Below are positions 1 through 8,625 of a stretch of 64,000 nucleotides of DNA, in pieces. The position numbers and the translations under genes were made by a program. This DNA is from an uncultured marine group III euryarchaeote (GTDB lineage: Archaea; Thermoplasmatota; Poseidoniia; MGIII; CG-Epi1). Numbering within the stretch: position 1 is the first letter of the stretch; every line of letters starts with the position of its first letter. Below the pieces are notes generated by a model. The model searched no databases, was not told where the DNA came from, and saw nothing but the letters and a program-made list of their open reading frames with translations. The stretch lies in contig CACOJW010000002.1 of assembly GCA_902627615.1 (NCBI GenBank), positions 26,971 through 90,970 of the forward strand, written 5' to 3'.

Positions 1-924
1 ACTCTCAGGAATGGTAAAATTAAAGCTATAATTGGTAGTTCGTGTTTCATTCGTCGATGTTACACCGAATTCGAAATTATAAACTCCTGCTGTAGCATTG
101 TTAGGATAAATTATAGAGACTATACCTTCGGCAGAATGGGTTGCATTTACTGACATATTGCTATGTCCAGTTAGTACCTTGCCATCAGCCATTCCTAAAC
201 TTACTGGCCAATATCCGGTGATATCGTTCTGAAGATTAACAAATTTTTGTCCCGATGGGGAGGTTAGAGTTGAGGTGAATTGATAGGTATCTGTATTCCA
301 TCCTAAATTTGTCAATGTATAGTTACACACAATAGGGTTACTTGGATACACTTCACTATCTCCAGTATTTGACACAGTACCGCACGTTACTTCAGATTCG
401 TATTCAACCCAAGCATTCAACGTTATAGTTCTTGTATTGGTAACATTGCTTGAGGCTGATGCGGGGCTAGTATCGTTTTTACAATCTGAACTGCCACAAG
501 TGTCTGTAACATTACCATCATAATTGTAAAACTTAGGATCAGATAGGCCATAAATCTGAACCGTATTAGTATCACCAGAGGAGCAGAGTTCATCACAACG
601 AATAATAAGACTGATAGTCTCCTGCCCGGCCTTATCCATTCTGATAAGATTATTATCCAATTCATCGTAATTGGAGTCTACAAAGGTAGCATTCCAAGGA
701 ACGCCAGTGACCCAACTAGCTACGAGATATACCTCTAGACTCCTATAGCGTGTGTCTTCATTATCTAAAGTGAAAGTAAACATTATAGCATCTCTTTCTA
801 GAACATTTCCTGAATTTTCGTCAGAACTGATCACAACTGCAGAGGGTGCAGCCTCTGCGCTGTCAAAGCTGCTTAAAATAAGTACAAACAAACCAAGAAT
901 CAAAAAAAATGGCCATTGTTTCAT
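1..924 (-). CDS. Secreted/surface protein, 5' part only (runs off the window start)
   Basis: Not in the ORF track because its stop is outside the window. Read manually from ATG at 924: MKQWPFFLILGLFVLILSSFDSAEAAPSAVVISSDENSGNVLERD..., a signal peptide with AEA-A cleavage site followed by beta-rich sequence. Confidence 0.75.
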   Translation of the reverse strand, partial: MKQWPFFLILGLFVLILSSFDSAEAAPSAVVISSDENSGNVLERDAIMFTFTLDNEDTRYRSLEVYLVASWVTGVPWNATFVDSNYDELDNNLIRMDKAGQETISLIIRCDELCSSGDTNTVQIYGLSDPKFYNYDGNVTDTCGSSDCKNDTSPASASSNVTNTRTITLNAWVEYESEVTCGTVSNTGDSEVYPSNPIVCNYTLTNLGWNTDTYQFTSTLTSPSGQKFVNLQNDITGYWPVSLGMADGKVLTGHSNMSVNATHSAEGIVSIIYPNNATAGVYNFEFGVTSTNETRTTNYSFNFTIPES

Positions 925-986
925 AATCTCAAAAATAACAAGAACTATTTAACTTAACTGTTAAATTTAATTAAGGCAAAGATTAA

Positions 987-1706
987 TTGAATTTTATGAC
1001 AAAGACCGCACTTGTTACTGGAGCTTCATCAGGCATTGGGAGAGGAATAGCCCATAAATTTGGAGAAGAAGGTTGGGAAGTTACCCTAGTTGCTCGTAGA
1101 AAAAGTAACTTGGAAAAAGTTGCTAAAGAAGTAGAAGATGCAGGCGGGAAGGCTCATATTTTTGCTACAGACTTGACCGAAGAAGGAAATCCAGACGCAG
1201 CTGTCCAATTTGCCATAGATAAAATGGGAAAGGTTGGTACGTTAGTAAACAATGCTGGAATGGGTCGTTTTGAGATGGTACCAGATATCAAAGATGAATC
1301 TTATCAAGAACAATTTCAGCTTAATGTTTGGGCTTGTATGGCCATGGTTAGATCGATTGTTCCACACTTCAAAAAAAACAAAGGCGGACAAATCGTCAAT
1401 ATCGGCTCAATTGTAGGTTATCTTGGAATATCAAAGGGATCTATCTATTCGAGCACTAAATGGGCTCTAAGGGGCCTTAATGAGAGCTGGAGAGAGGAGT
1501 TGTATCCTGACAACATCAAAGTCTGTTACGTCGGTCCAGGTTTTGTGTTAACTGAGTTTAACGGTAGAAAGGAAGGCGGCACTCCTGAAGAACAGGAGTG
1601 GGCCATGGTTCCAGAAAATGTTGCCCACGTAGTTTATTGTGTCGCTACACAAGGTCCAAACAGTGATATCAAAGAAATATCACTTCAAGTTTTAGATCGC
1701 AGTTAG
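987..1706 (+). CDS. Short-chain dehydrogenase/reductase (SDR)
   Basis: TGASSGIG Rossmann motif, NNAG, YSSTK catalytic motif. The real start is probably ATG at 996. Confidence 0.93.
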   Translation: MNFMTKTALVTGASSGIGRGIAHKFGEEGWEVTLVARRKSNLEKVAKEVEDAGGKAHIFATDLTEEGNPDAAVQFAIDKMGKVGTLVNNAGMGRFEMVPDIKDESYQEQFQLNVWACMAMVRSIVPHFKKNKGGQIVNIGSIVGYLGISKGSIYSSTKWALRGLNESWREELYPDNIKVCYVGPGFVLTEFNGRKEGGTPEEQEWAMVPENVAHVVYCVATQGPNSDIKEISLQVLDRS

Positions 1707-1708
1707 AT

Positions 1709-1996
1709 TTAATCTTTGGAGAAATGCCAAACTTTCTCGCCGTAACTAGTTTCAACGCCGTTAAACATACTGGCCATTTCTTTCATCATTTCTGCAAATT
1801 CAGTTTTACTGTTTTCTAAATTTTCTTCAGTGTCGTATTCTGCAATTGTAATAGCTTCAGTCTCACTAACTCTTACAATTCTACTGTTCTGCAGCCCTTC
1901 AAAATTTTCGAAAAGCTCACGTTTGCTTTCAACTGCCGCCATTATGCTGTCATACTTGTCTGAGTCAAAAGAGACTCTGTTGATTCTGTAATACAT
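1709..1996 (-). CDS. Small hypothetical protein, possible dimeric alpha-beta barrel (ABM-like) fold
   Basis: 95 aa with an alternating beta/alpha pattern (GLQNSRIVRV...ITIAEYDTEE). Confidence 0.5.
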   Translation of the reverse strand: MYYRINRVSFDSDKYDSIMAAVESKRELFENFEGLQNSRIVRVSETEAITIAEYDTEENLENSKTEFAEMMKEMASMFNGVETSYGEKVWHFSKD

Positions 1997-2076
1997 ATGT
2001 TAATATCAAGAGTATGGTTTTATTGCTTTCGATAATATTAAGTCAAATAATTTCTTAATAACATTTACAAAAATAA

Positions 2077-2517
2077 TCAGGAACTAGATATATTTTTCGA
2101 AAAGATAACATACAAAAATACACCAAGAGGCATTAGCATTACTCCAAAAAATACCACCGTCGTCATCTTCCATTTTTCAAAACCTAGTCGAAGGCTCCTT
2201 TTCCACATCCATCTTGTTGCGAATATATCTCCAGCAACCATGTGAGCCCAAACTGCTGCTGCACCTGCCTTAGTACCGATTAGAACTGCAATTTCATCTA
2301 AAATTTCTAGTGGATTAGTAAAACCTTTAATGAGTTCAACAAGGCCTTGAGGCTCTAACATTGTCAAAAAAATCCATATTAGTATTGGGCCTAGGAAGAA
2401 CATTGGCCCCTTAAGCAATTTTTTAGTTGATTCTTCATCTGGGTATATCAACATTGCTAACCAGAATGGGCCTACCCATAACGTTGTCAAAAAGAATGAA
2501 ATATCGTATAAATCCAT
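2077..2517 (-). CDS. ABA4-like (DUF4281) membrane protein
   Basis: About four TM segments; PFWLAML and WAHMVAGDIFATRW match the W-x-H...D-x-F-x-x-R-W pattern of ABA4/DUF4281. Confidence 0.75.
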   Translation of the reverse strand: MDLYDISFFLTTLWVGPFWLAMLIYPDEESTKKLLKGPMFFLGPILIWIFLTMLEPQGLVELIKGFTNPLEILDEIAVLIGTKAGAAAVWAHMVAGDIFATRWMWKRSLRLGFEKWKMTTVVFFGVMLMPLGVFLYVIFSKNISSS

Positions 2518-2588
2518 GTTAAATTTTACTCTTACAATCTATTTAAAGTTGTATCATGTGTGTTGCTATATTACTTTTGACAAGGCAG

Positions 2589-3044
2589 TTAATCTTCTAA
2601 ATTCAGGTATCCTGTAATAACCATGGGAATTGCAAATAATGCTGTAAATACTAGTGATTCAAAATCGAAACCATCATCAAACATTACTCCACTGTAACCA
2701 AAAAGTATGCCAAGACCAATCATTGCACTACCAAAAGTAAGACTCAACTTTGCCTGCTCTGAACCTTTCAACCACAATGCTCCTGCAAATAAAATAGGAG
2801 ACCACATCATTCCTAGCCCCCATGAAAAAAACTCATTTTGTTGAATTTTATCTATTAACTTTTGGTTATCTGCAAGCTCTGGATCGATATCTTCCTCAAT
2901 GTAATTACTAACTTCATCGTCATCATTAATGAACGGCATAACGTCCATAGTATATCCAACAGTATGTAAAAGACCGAATAGAATCATCCAGATTGCAGGT
3001 TTACGCAGTGTACCTACTACGAATAATGAAGCTAAATAATCCAT
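2589..3044 (-). CDS. Hypothetical 4-TM membrane protein
   Basis: Hydrophobic segments; similar layout to the adjacent 3051-3458 ORF. Confidence 0.7.
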   Translation of the reverse strand: MDYLASLFVVGTLRKPAIWMILFGLLHTVGYTMDVMPFINDDDEVSNYIEEDIDPELADNQKLIDKIQQNEFFSWGLGMMWSPILFAGALWLKGSEQAKLSLTFGSAMIGLGILFGYSGVMFDDGFDFESLVFTALFAIPMVITGYLNLED

Positions 3045-3050
3045 AAATCC

Positions 3051-3458
3051 TTACTCATCGTCCTTGTGTAGATATCCAGAAGCACCGATTAATGCTGTCA
3101 AAAATAACATGACATATATCATGCCACTTTGATCAGAACCGTAACCACTTTCGTTGGTTAGGTAAAGCATTCCACCGCCGATAAATACTGCTATTGAAAC
3201 TGCTGCAGCCATTGCCATTTGAGCTAATGCTCTGCCACTCACAATTAATCCAGTTGCAATTGACATCGCTGCTAATGGCATTAGATGTAATGCCCACATT
3301 TGCTCGTATTCAGCATCGTGCTCAGCTACATTCTCTTTGCCCCAACCTGATTCTGCCCAACTTTGCCCATCCATTACTCCAGATAAGGATGCTAAGAACA
3401 TCAATGAGCCTACTCCAATCAATAACCATTTAGGGTTTAAGATTTCTTTTGCGTCCAT
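3051..3458 (-). CDS. Hypothetical 4-TM membrane protein
   Basis: Hydrophobic segments; tight same-strand packing with its neighbours. Confidence 0.7.
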   Translation of the reverse strand: MDAKEILNPKWLLIGVGSLMFLASLSGVMDGQSWAESGWGKENVAEHDAEYEQMWALHLMPLAAMSIATGLIVSGRALAQMAMAAAVSIAVFIGGGMLYLTNESGYGSDQSGMIYVMLFLTALIGASGYLHKDDE

Positions 3459-3466
3459 AATTCACC

Positions 3467-4555
3467 TTAAAGTGGTTGTGTAACGAAATTCGCAATTAAT
3501 AGAATGACTGTAAAACCTGCAGTTACAGCAGGATACATTTTGTAAAAGAAATCGTCACTATTTGAAAAATCTTCTCCTGCAAAAGTCATACCGTCTTCTA
3601 CACCTTCTTCTCGCATCTTGTAATATGCAAATATATTCAAGAACATTACAAAGGCACTAACTACAATATTTGCTGTAGCAGTACTGGTATCTTGTGTATA
3701 TGGTGAATTGTCATCGCCAGGGATTACTTGGTCATTAGCTACTAGATTTCCAACTATTATGGACAAAGCAAAGAAGGTTATTCCAAAGAGTAAGATGTGA
3801 GCTACAGCCCAGTTCCCCTTAGCTCCGTTAGTTAGTAAAATTAATCCCATCGAAACATAAATAACAAAGAACGAAGCTAGAACTCGATAAGATAGTGGCG
3901 TGGCAGCTATCGGATTAGTCCAGTAAGTTCCTTCTTCAAAGCCAGAAATTAGAGTTGATCCTTCTCCGCCAGCATATCCATCAGCAAAAAAGAAATGATT
4001 TATAGAATATAATGTGCCAATAATCGAAGAAAGAATTACTGCATATTTTGCTTCGTTATTCAATTTAATTTCCATATTGAAAGCCAAGCCCTCATCAACA
4101 CCTTCTTCTTTCAACATGAAATAAGCTGCAGTGTACAATCCTAAAGCAGCAATTGTAGCAAAAAGTGGATTATTGTTTGCAGATTCGTAACCTCCTTGGA
4201 ATGGAGGTGCTAATACGATTGCCAAACAGGTAAATCCAGCAATAGTCGGTATCATAATTGTCCATTTGCCGCGTGCGCCTTCATTTAGAATTAAGAGATT
4301 TCCTGTAATAACTCCAAACATTAGAACACCCGCAACATACAGCGTTCCAGCCCCTCTTCCGTAGGCTTCATCGTCAGGAGTTGCTCCGTTTGGTATTAAA
4401 GAGAAACAATCTCCATCACCGTTTACAACAGAACACGATGAAAAGAATATGAAGTTTATCGAGTACATTATTCCAATCAAGAATGAAAGACTCAAACAAA
4501 CTTTAGCAGGCATGGACTTGATGTTGTCAAACATAAGCCTTATTTTAGAATACAT
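3467..4555 (-). CDS. Hypothetical multi-TM membrane protein with internal two-fold repeat
   Basis: Halves align: IGIMYSINFIFF/IGTLYSINHFFF, NEGARGKW/TNGAKGNW, KEEGVDEG/REEGVEDG. Confidence 0.75.
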   Translation of the reverse strand: MYSKIRLMFDNIKSMPAKVCLSLSFLIGIMYSINFIFFSSCSVVNGDGDCFSLIPNGATPDDEAYGRGAGTLYVAGVLMFGVITGNLLILNEGARGKWTIMIPTIAGFTCLAIVLAPPFQGGYESANNNPLFATIAALGLYTAAYFMLKEEGVDEGLAFNMEIKLNNEAKYAVILSSIIGTLYSINHFFFADGYAGGEGSTLISGFEEGTYWTNPIAATPLSYRVLASFFVIYVSMGLILLTNGAKGNWAVAHILLFGITFFALSIIVGNLVANDQVIPGDDNSPYTQDTSTATANIVVSAFVMFLNIFAYYKMREEGVEDGMTFAGEDFSNSDDFFYKMYPAVTAGFTVILLIANFVTQPL

Positions 4556-4590
4556 TACTTAAATATATTGCACTGCAAACAAAATAGTTA

Positions 4591-6189
4591 TTATTTTTTC
4601 TTTCGATGTCTTCTACTGGCCTTTCTTCCTCTTTTCCAGTTAGGCCGTTTTTTACCCTTAGAATAAGGGGCTTTTTTGCCCTTTGAATAGGGTGGCCTCT
4701 TCTTTGCTCCACCCTCATCCTTTTTAGGTTTGTTAGGTCCACCGTATTTTTTTGGGGAGCCATCTTCATTAGTTGTCAAACCTTTGGCACCATAGGTAGG
4801 TTTTTTTCTTCTACGTGGTCTGTCTTCCTCTCTTGGAAATTGTTTTTTCTTTCCTTGGTTTTTATTTTTATTTCTGAATTTATTTCGACCTTTATTTTTT
4901 CTGAAGAATGAAGCTTTTTCAACTTGCTTTTCAACCTTACTTAGAGCAGATGGTTCTTCTTTTTTCTCGGATTTTCCTCTAAATCTAGATCTTCCTCTTC
5001 TTCTCCTTCTGTTCTTAGCCAAAGGACTTTGCATTCTTTTAGGTCTTTTCGGAGGAGTGTATTTTACTCTCTCAGGCAATTTATCAAATTCAGGTGAAGT
5101 AAAGTTGACTTTAATTCCAACTTGTCTTTGAATTTTGTTAAAATCACGCTTTTGAGGTTTTTGAACAAGTGAAATGACAGAACCATGAGCTCCAGCTCTT
5201 GCAGTTCTTCCACTACGGTGTTTGTATGCTTTTCCATTTTCAGGTGGATCATAGTGAACCACACATTGAACTCCTTCTACATCTATTCCTCGTGCAGCTA
5301 CATCGGTTGCAACTAATGCAACGCATTCGCCATAGATGAATTGATTCATTGCTTTGTCACGCTGGTTTTGAGACAAACCTCCGTGAATTACGGCAACTCT
5401 CAAATTTTCAGCCCTTAATTCCTTACCAACTCGATCTACGCCTCTGCGAGTACGACAAAAAATCATACTTCTTCCTCCTTTCTTCACAGCATCTGCAGTC
5501 AATTTAGATTTTCGAGTGTTTGGCATTAACCAAAAGAAATGTTTCATACTTTCCATCGATACTTCTTTTGGTCCAACTTCAATTTTCACTGGTTTACGTT
5601 GGTATTTTTTGACTAAAGTGGCAACCTCATCATCTAGTGTAGCACTAAACAAAATAGTTTGACGAGTTTTAGAACAATTATCCAAAATATGGCATACTGG
5701 ATCAATAAAACCCATATCTGCCATTCGATCAGCTTCATCGAGGACTGCAATATTCACATCGTCTAAGCGAATACTTTCATTTTCCATTAAGTCAATTAAC
5801 CTTCCAGGAGTTGCTACAACTATATCAACGCCTTTTGAAAGAGCCTGTTTCTGTTTAGTGTATGAGACTCCCCCATAGATTGCTATTACTCCTAGGTCTA
5901 CTTTCTTTGCTAACGGTTTTAAAACATTACTAATTTGCTCAGCCAATTCTCTAGTCGGTGTTACAATTAGAGCGGTAGGATAATGCGGATGTGCAGGTTT
6001 ACAATTTGTAATAATTGGTAAACCGAATGACAAAGTCTTTCCAGATCCCGTCGGAGCCCTACAGCATACATCATTTCCATCTAATATATCAGGTATGGAT
6101 TTGGCTTGAACCTCAAATGGTTCCTTAATGCCTTGTTCTTTCAGGACATTAACGACAGGTGGCACTATGCCGAGTTTCGTAAAACTCAA
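4591..6189 (-). CDS. DEAD-box RNA helicase with long basic C-terminal tail
   Basis: Q motif, APTGSGKT, PTRELA, DEAD, SAT, ARGID, HRSGRTAR; TTG start; Lys/Arg-rich tail. Confidence 0.95.
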   Translation of the reverse strand: MSFTKLGIVPPVVNVLKEQGIKEPFEVQAKSIPDILDGNDVCCRAPTGSGKTLSFGLPIITNCKPAHPHYPTALIVTPTRELAEQISNVLKPLAKKVDLGVIAIYGGVSYTKQKQALSKGVDIVVATPGRLIDLMENESIRLDDVNIAVLDEADRMADMGFIDPVCHILDNCSKTRQTILFSATLDDEVATLVKKYQRKPVKIEVGPKEVSMESMKHFFWLMPNTRKSKLTADAVKKGGRSMIFCRTRRGVDRVGKELRAENLRVAVIHGGLSQNQRDKAMNQFIYGECVALVATDVAARGIDVEGVQCVVHYDPPENGKAYKHRSGRTARAGAHGSVISLVQKPQKRDFNKIQRQVGIKVNFTSPEFDKLPERVKYTPPKRPKRMQSPLAKNRRRRRGRSRFRGKSEKKEEPSALSKVEKQVEKASFFRKNKGRNKFRNKNKNQGKKKQFPREEDRPRRRKKPTYGAKGLTTNEDGSPKKYGGPNKPKKDEGGAKKRPPYSKGKKAPYSKGKKRPNWKRGRKASRRHRKKK

Positions 6190-6297
6190 ATTAGTGACGT
6201 CCCGAAAAATCTTCCATGCTTCGCGACGAAGCGCCCTCTATATTATATGAGCAGAGGGCGTTTTTCGTCTAAATTACTTGTTTGTAGTCTAAAAACT

Positions 6298-7410
6298 TCA
6301 CAGAAGTCTAGCACTTCCAATTATATTCCCAGTCAAATCAAACTGAATATCTAATTTCCAGTTATCTGCTGCTGGTCCGTTTGCTGAGTTACCCATTCCG
6401 TAGACCATGAATTGGTCTCCTGCTGATAAGAAACCATCGCGGTCATTGTCTGAGAAATGAACAGGGTAAACAGAGCCATCATCATTACTGACATTGGTTG
6501 CTCTGTTCTTTAATTGGTCGTCATCACCAGTGTAACTCGTTTCAATTCCGAATTCGCTTCCACTAATAATTTGCATAGCAACTTCACCGAAGCCATTACC
6601 GCCTACATATGTTGATCCAGTGTCGTCTTTCAAGAAGAAACTAAAGTCTTCCAGAGGTGCTGCCCTTGATACTTTAATTACCTCTATGTGATATCTCCCT
6701 CCACTGTCTTCAGACACGAAGAATGTGGCTATAGGATCTGAATTTGGCCCACCTCCACAATTTGGATCATCAAACAAGTCTTCCATGTCATCTGTAATGC
6801 CAAATAATCCAGGAAGATCATTTTTTATTTCCATCATATCATCATAATCTATCCAATCTCGTAAAACGAACTGTACTAATTCGATACCTGCGGCGCCTTC
6901 ATTATCTAAAGCAATAAAAGCAAATGTTGTATGGAAAATCAAACCACAAATATCATTATTAAGCACAAAATCATAATTCCAGTTACTGTTTTCTAGCTTT
7001 AACGTTTCATTGTCGGCAGATGTATTATTTATCAGTATACCAAAATCTTCCTCTACAAATACATCAATATTCATATCTAAATCCAAATCAAATCCTGCAT
7101 TTGCGATGCTTCCGTCAAAATCTTTTGCAGCCCAATTTACATAGATTGCCATCCTTGCCTCATCATCATAGGATGGATCGAAAATAACATAATCATCATT
7201 ACTCAACCAGATTCCTGCGGCCACATACGGAGCCATATTTGCAGTTGTATTTGTTCCAACTGGAGTTATTTGTTCATCACCTTCTACAGTAGTAGTTTCT
7301 TCTTCGGTGGTAGGTTCTTGTTCAGATAATTCATCTAAATTTTCATTACCAATGCATCCTGTAAAAGACGCAGCTAGCAAAAATATTGCAAAAAAATAGG
7401 CTTTGCTCAT
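6298..7410 (-). CDS. Acidic lipoprotein with a C-terminal domain resembling Thermoplasmata pilin-like proteins
   Basis: Lipobox-like FTGCIG after a signal peptide, Thr/Glu linker, DNDRDGFLSAGDQF calcium-loop-like motif. Confidence 0.6.
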   Translation of the reverse strand: MSKAYFFAIFLLAASFTGCIGNENLDELSEQEPTTEEETTTVEGDEQITPVGTNTTANMAPYVAAGIWLSNDDYVIFDPSYDDEARMAIYVNWAAKDFDGSIANAGFDLDLDMNIDVFVEEDFGILINNTSADNETLKLENSNWNYDFVLNNDICGLIFHTTFAFIALDNEGAAGIELVQFVLRDWIDYDDMMEIKNDLPGLFGITDDMEDLFDDPNCGGGPNSDPIATFFVSEDSGGRYHIEVIKVSRAAPLEDFSFFLKDDTGSTYVGGNGFGEVAMQIISGSEFGIETSYTGDDDQLKNRATNVSNDDGSVYPVHFSDNDRDGFLSAGDQFMVYGMGNSANGPAADNWKLDIQFDLTGNIIGSARLL

Positions 7411-7560
7411 ATTAACTTATTTTAGTAAGGATTATAACTATATCTCGCAATTTTTTAGATTCGTTAACTATAGACAAATCACAGTAATAATCTAATCATT
7501 ATTTCTTCTTACCAAATTTCACAGTATTTTTTCCAAATTTTAATTAAACTATAGACAAAC

Positions 7561-7905
7561 TCAGTAAAATAGCTTATGAATTACCCGTATCGTCCCCGAG
7601 AAAGCTATAGTATAAGATACCACCACTAAAAAGAATAAAGGTTCGAAAGATCCTTGAATAATGAACCGAATCAGCGCGCCAATTGCAATAGCAGAAACCC
7701 AAACTCGTAGGCTTTTAACATATTCAGGTTCTTTGTCTACAGTTATGAAACCAATTCGGTACAATAATCCAATAATTAGTGCAATTGAAATCAAAAAAGG
7801 TAATAGAATTTCAATGAAACTTCCTTCCGAATTATGCGTTTCTCTTCCTTGGCTTACAAAAAAGAGTAGAAGTCCAAAGTCACCGATGAAAAATTTAACG
7901 TTCAT
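7561..7905 (-). CDS. DUF3054-like membrane protein
   Basis: GD....FV..GR.TH N-terminal motif, PFL, four TM segments. Confidence 0.65.
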   Translation of the reverse strand: MNVKFFIGDFGLLLFFVSQGRETHNSEGSFIEILLPFLISIALIIGLLYRIGFITVDKEPEYVKSLRVWVSAIAIGALIRFIIQGSFEPLFFLVVVSYTIAFSGTIRVIHKLFY

Positions 7906-8625
7906 TTAATTATTTGCCGTGATAAAATCTGCGATGTGTTCTCCAATTACCTTGTGTCCTTCTTCGGAAGGATGTACTAAATCATCGCTATAGTATTCAG
8001 GAGTTTCCTCGGGGCTCATAATCTCTTTTAAACTTATGAAATAAACATCACCATTTACTTCAGCATATTCCTTGTATCTATCATTTAGAATTTCTATTTC
8101 TAGTATTAAATCCTCGAATTCTGACCCTTCAGGTACGTTATAGTATCCTAAAATCAGAACTTTACTCCCATCATCTTTTACTTCGTTGATTAAATTAGGA
8201 ATGAGGCCTTTGTTATCATCAGTTATAATTTCATCTAATTTCTCGTCACATTCTTCATCATCGCCTTCGCTGCAGTAAGCCATTGCATCATTTCCTCCAC
8301 CGTCAATAATAGTCCATTCCCAATCTCCCGAGACATACTGGCTAGGAATTCCATCTTCTCCTATGATTGTTGCTCCAGGAATTGCGTGATCTGTAACTCT
8401 AAGCTCTAATTTGAGACTCATAAAACCAGCTATACTTGCACATCCATCAGCATCAGAACCAAAAAGAGAATCTCCAACTAGTTGAATGTTAGCCTCTTTC
8501 ATTTCCTCTATTTCTGGACAATATCCTTCATCAAATAGAAATATGTAAGCAGATGCTGCAACAAATGAATAAGCAATTATGACAATACCGAGAGTATTGC
8601 TGATGCTTTTCATCGTAAAATCCAT
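7906..8625 (-). CDS. SGNH/GDSL hydrolase, membrane-anchored
   Basis: VGDSL (block I), GGGND (block III), DLVHPS (block V), N-terminal TM. Confidence 0.9.
   Translation of the reverse strand: MDFTMKSISNTLGIVIIAYSFVAASAYIFLFDEGYCPEIEEMKEANIQLVGDSLFGSDADGCASIAGFMSLKLELRVTDHAIPGATIIGEDGIPSQYVSGDWEWTIIDGGGNDAMAYCSEGDDEECDEKLDEIITDDNKGLIPNLINEVKDDGSKVLILGYYNVPEGSEFEDLILEIEILNDRYKEYAEVNGDVYFISLKEIMSPEETPEYYSDDLVHPSEEGHKVIGEHIADFITANN

Noticed and set aside
4591..5060. Separate basic protein or frameshift at the helicase 3' end
   Set aside because: The Lys/Arg-rich tail, including the short PYSKGKK duplication, is in frame and typical of DEAD-box RNA-binding tails.
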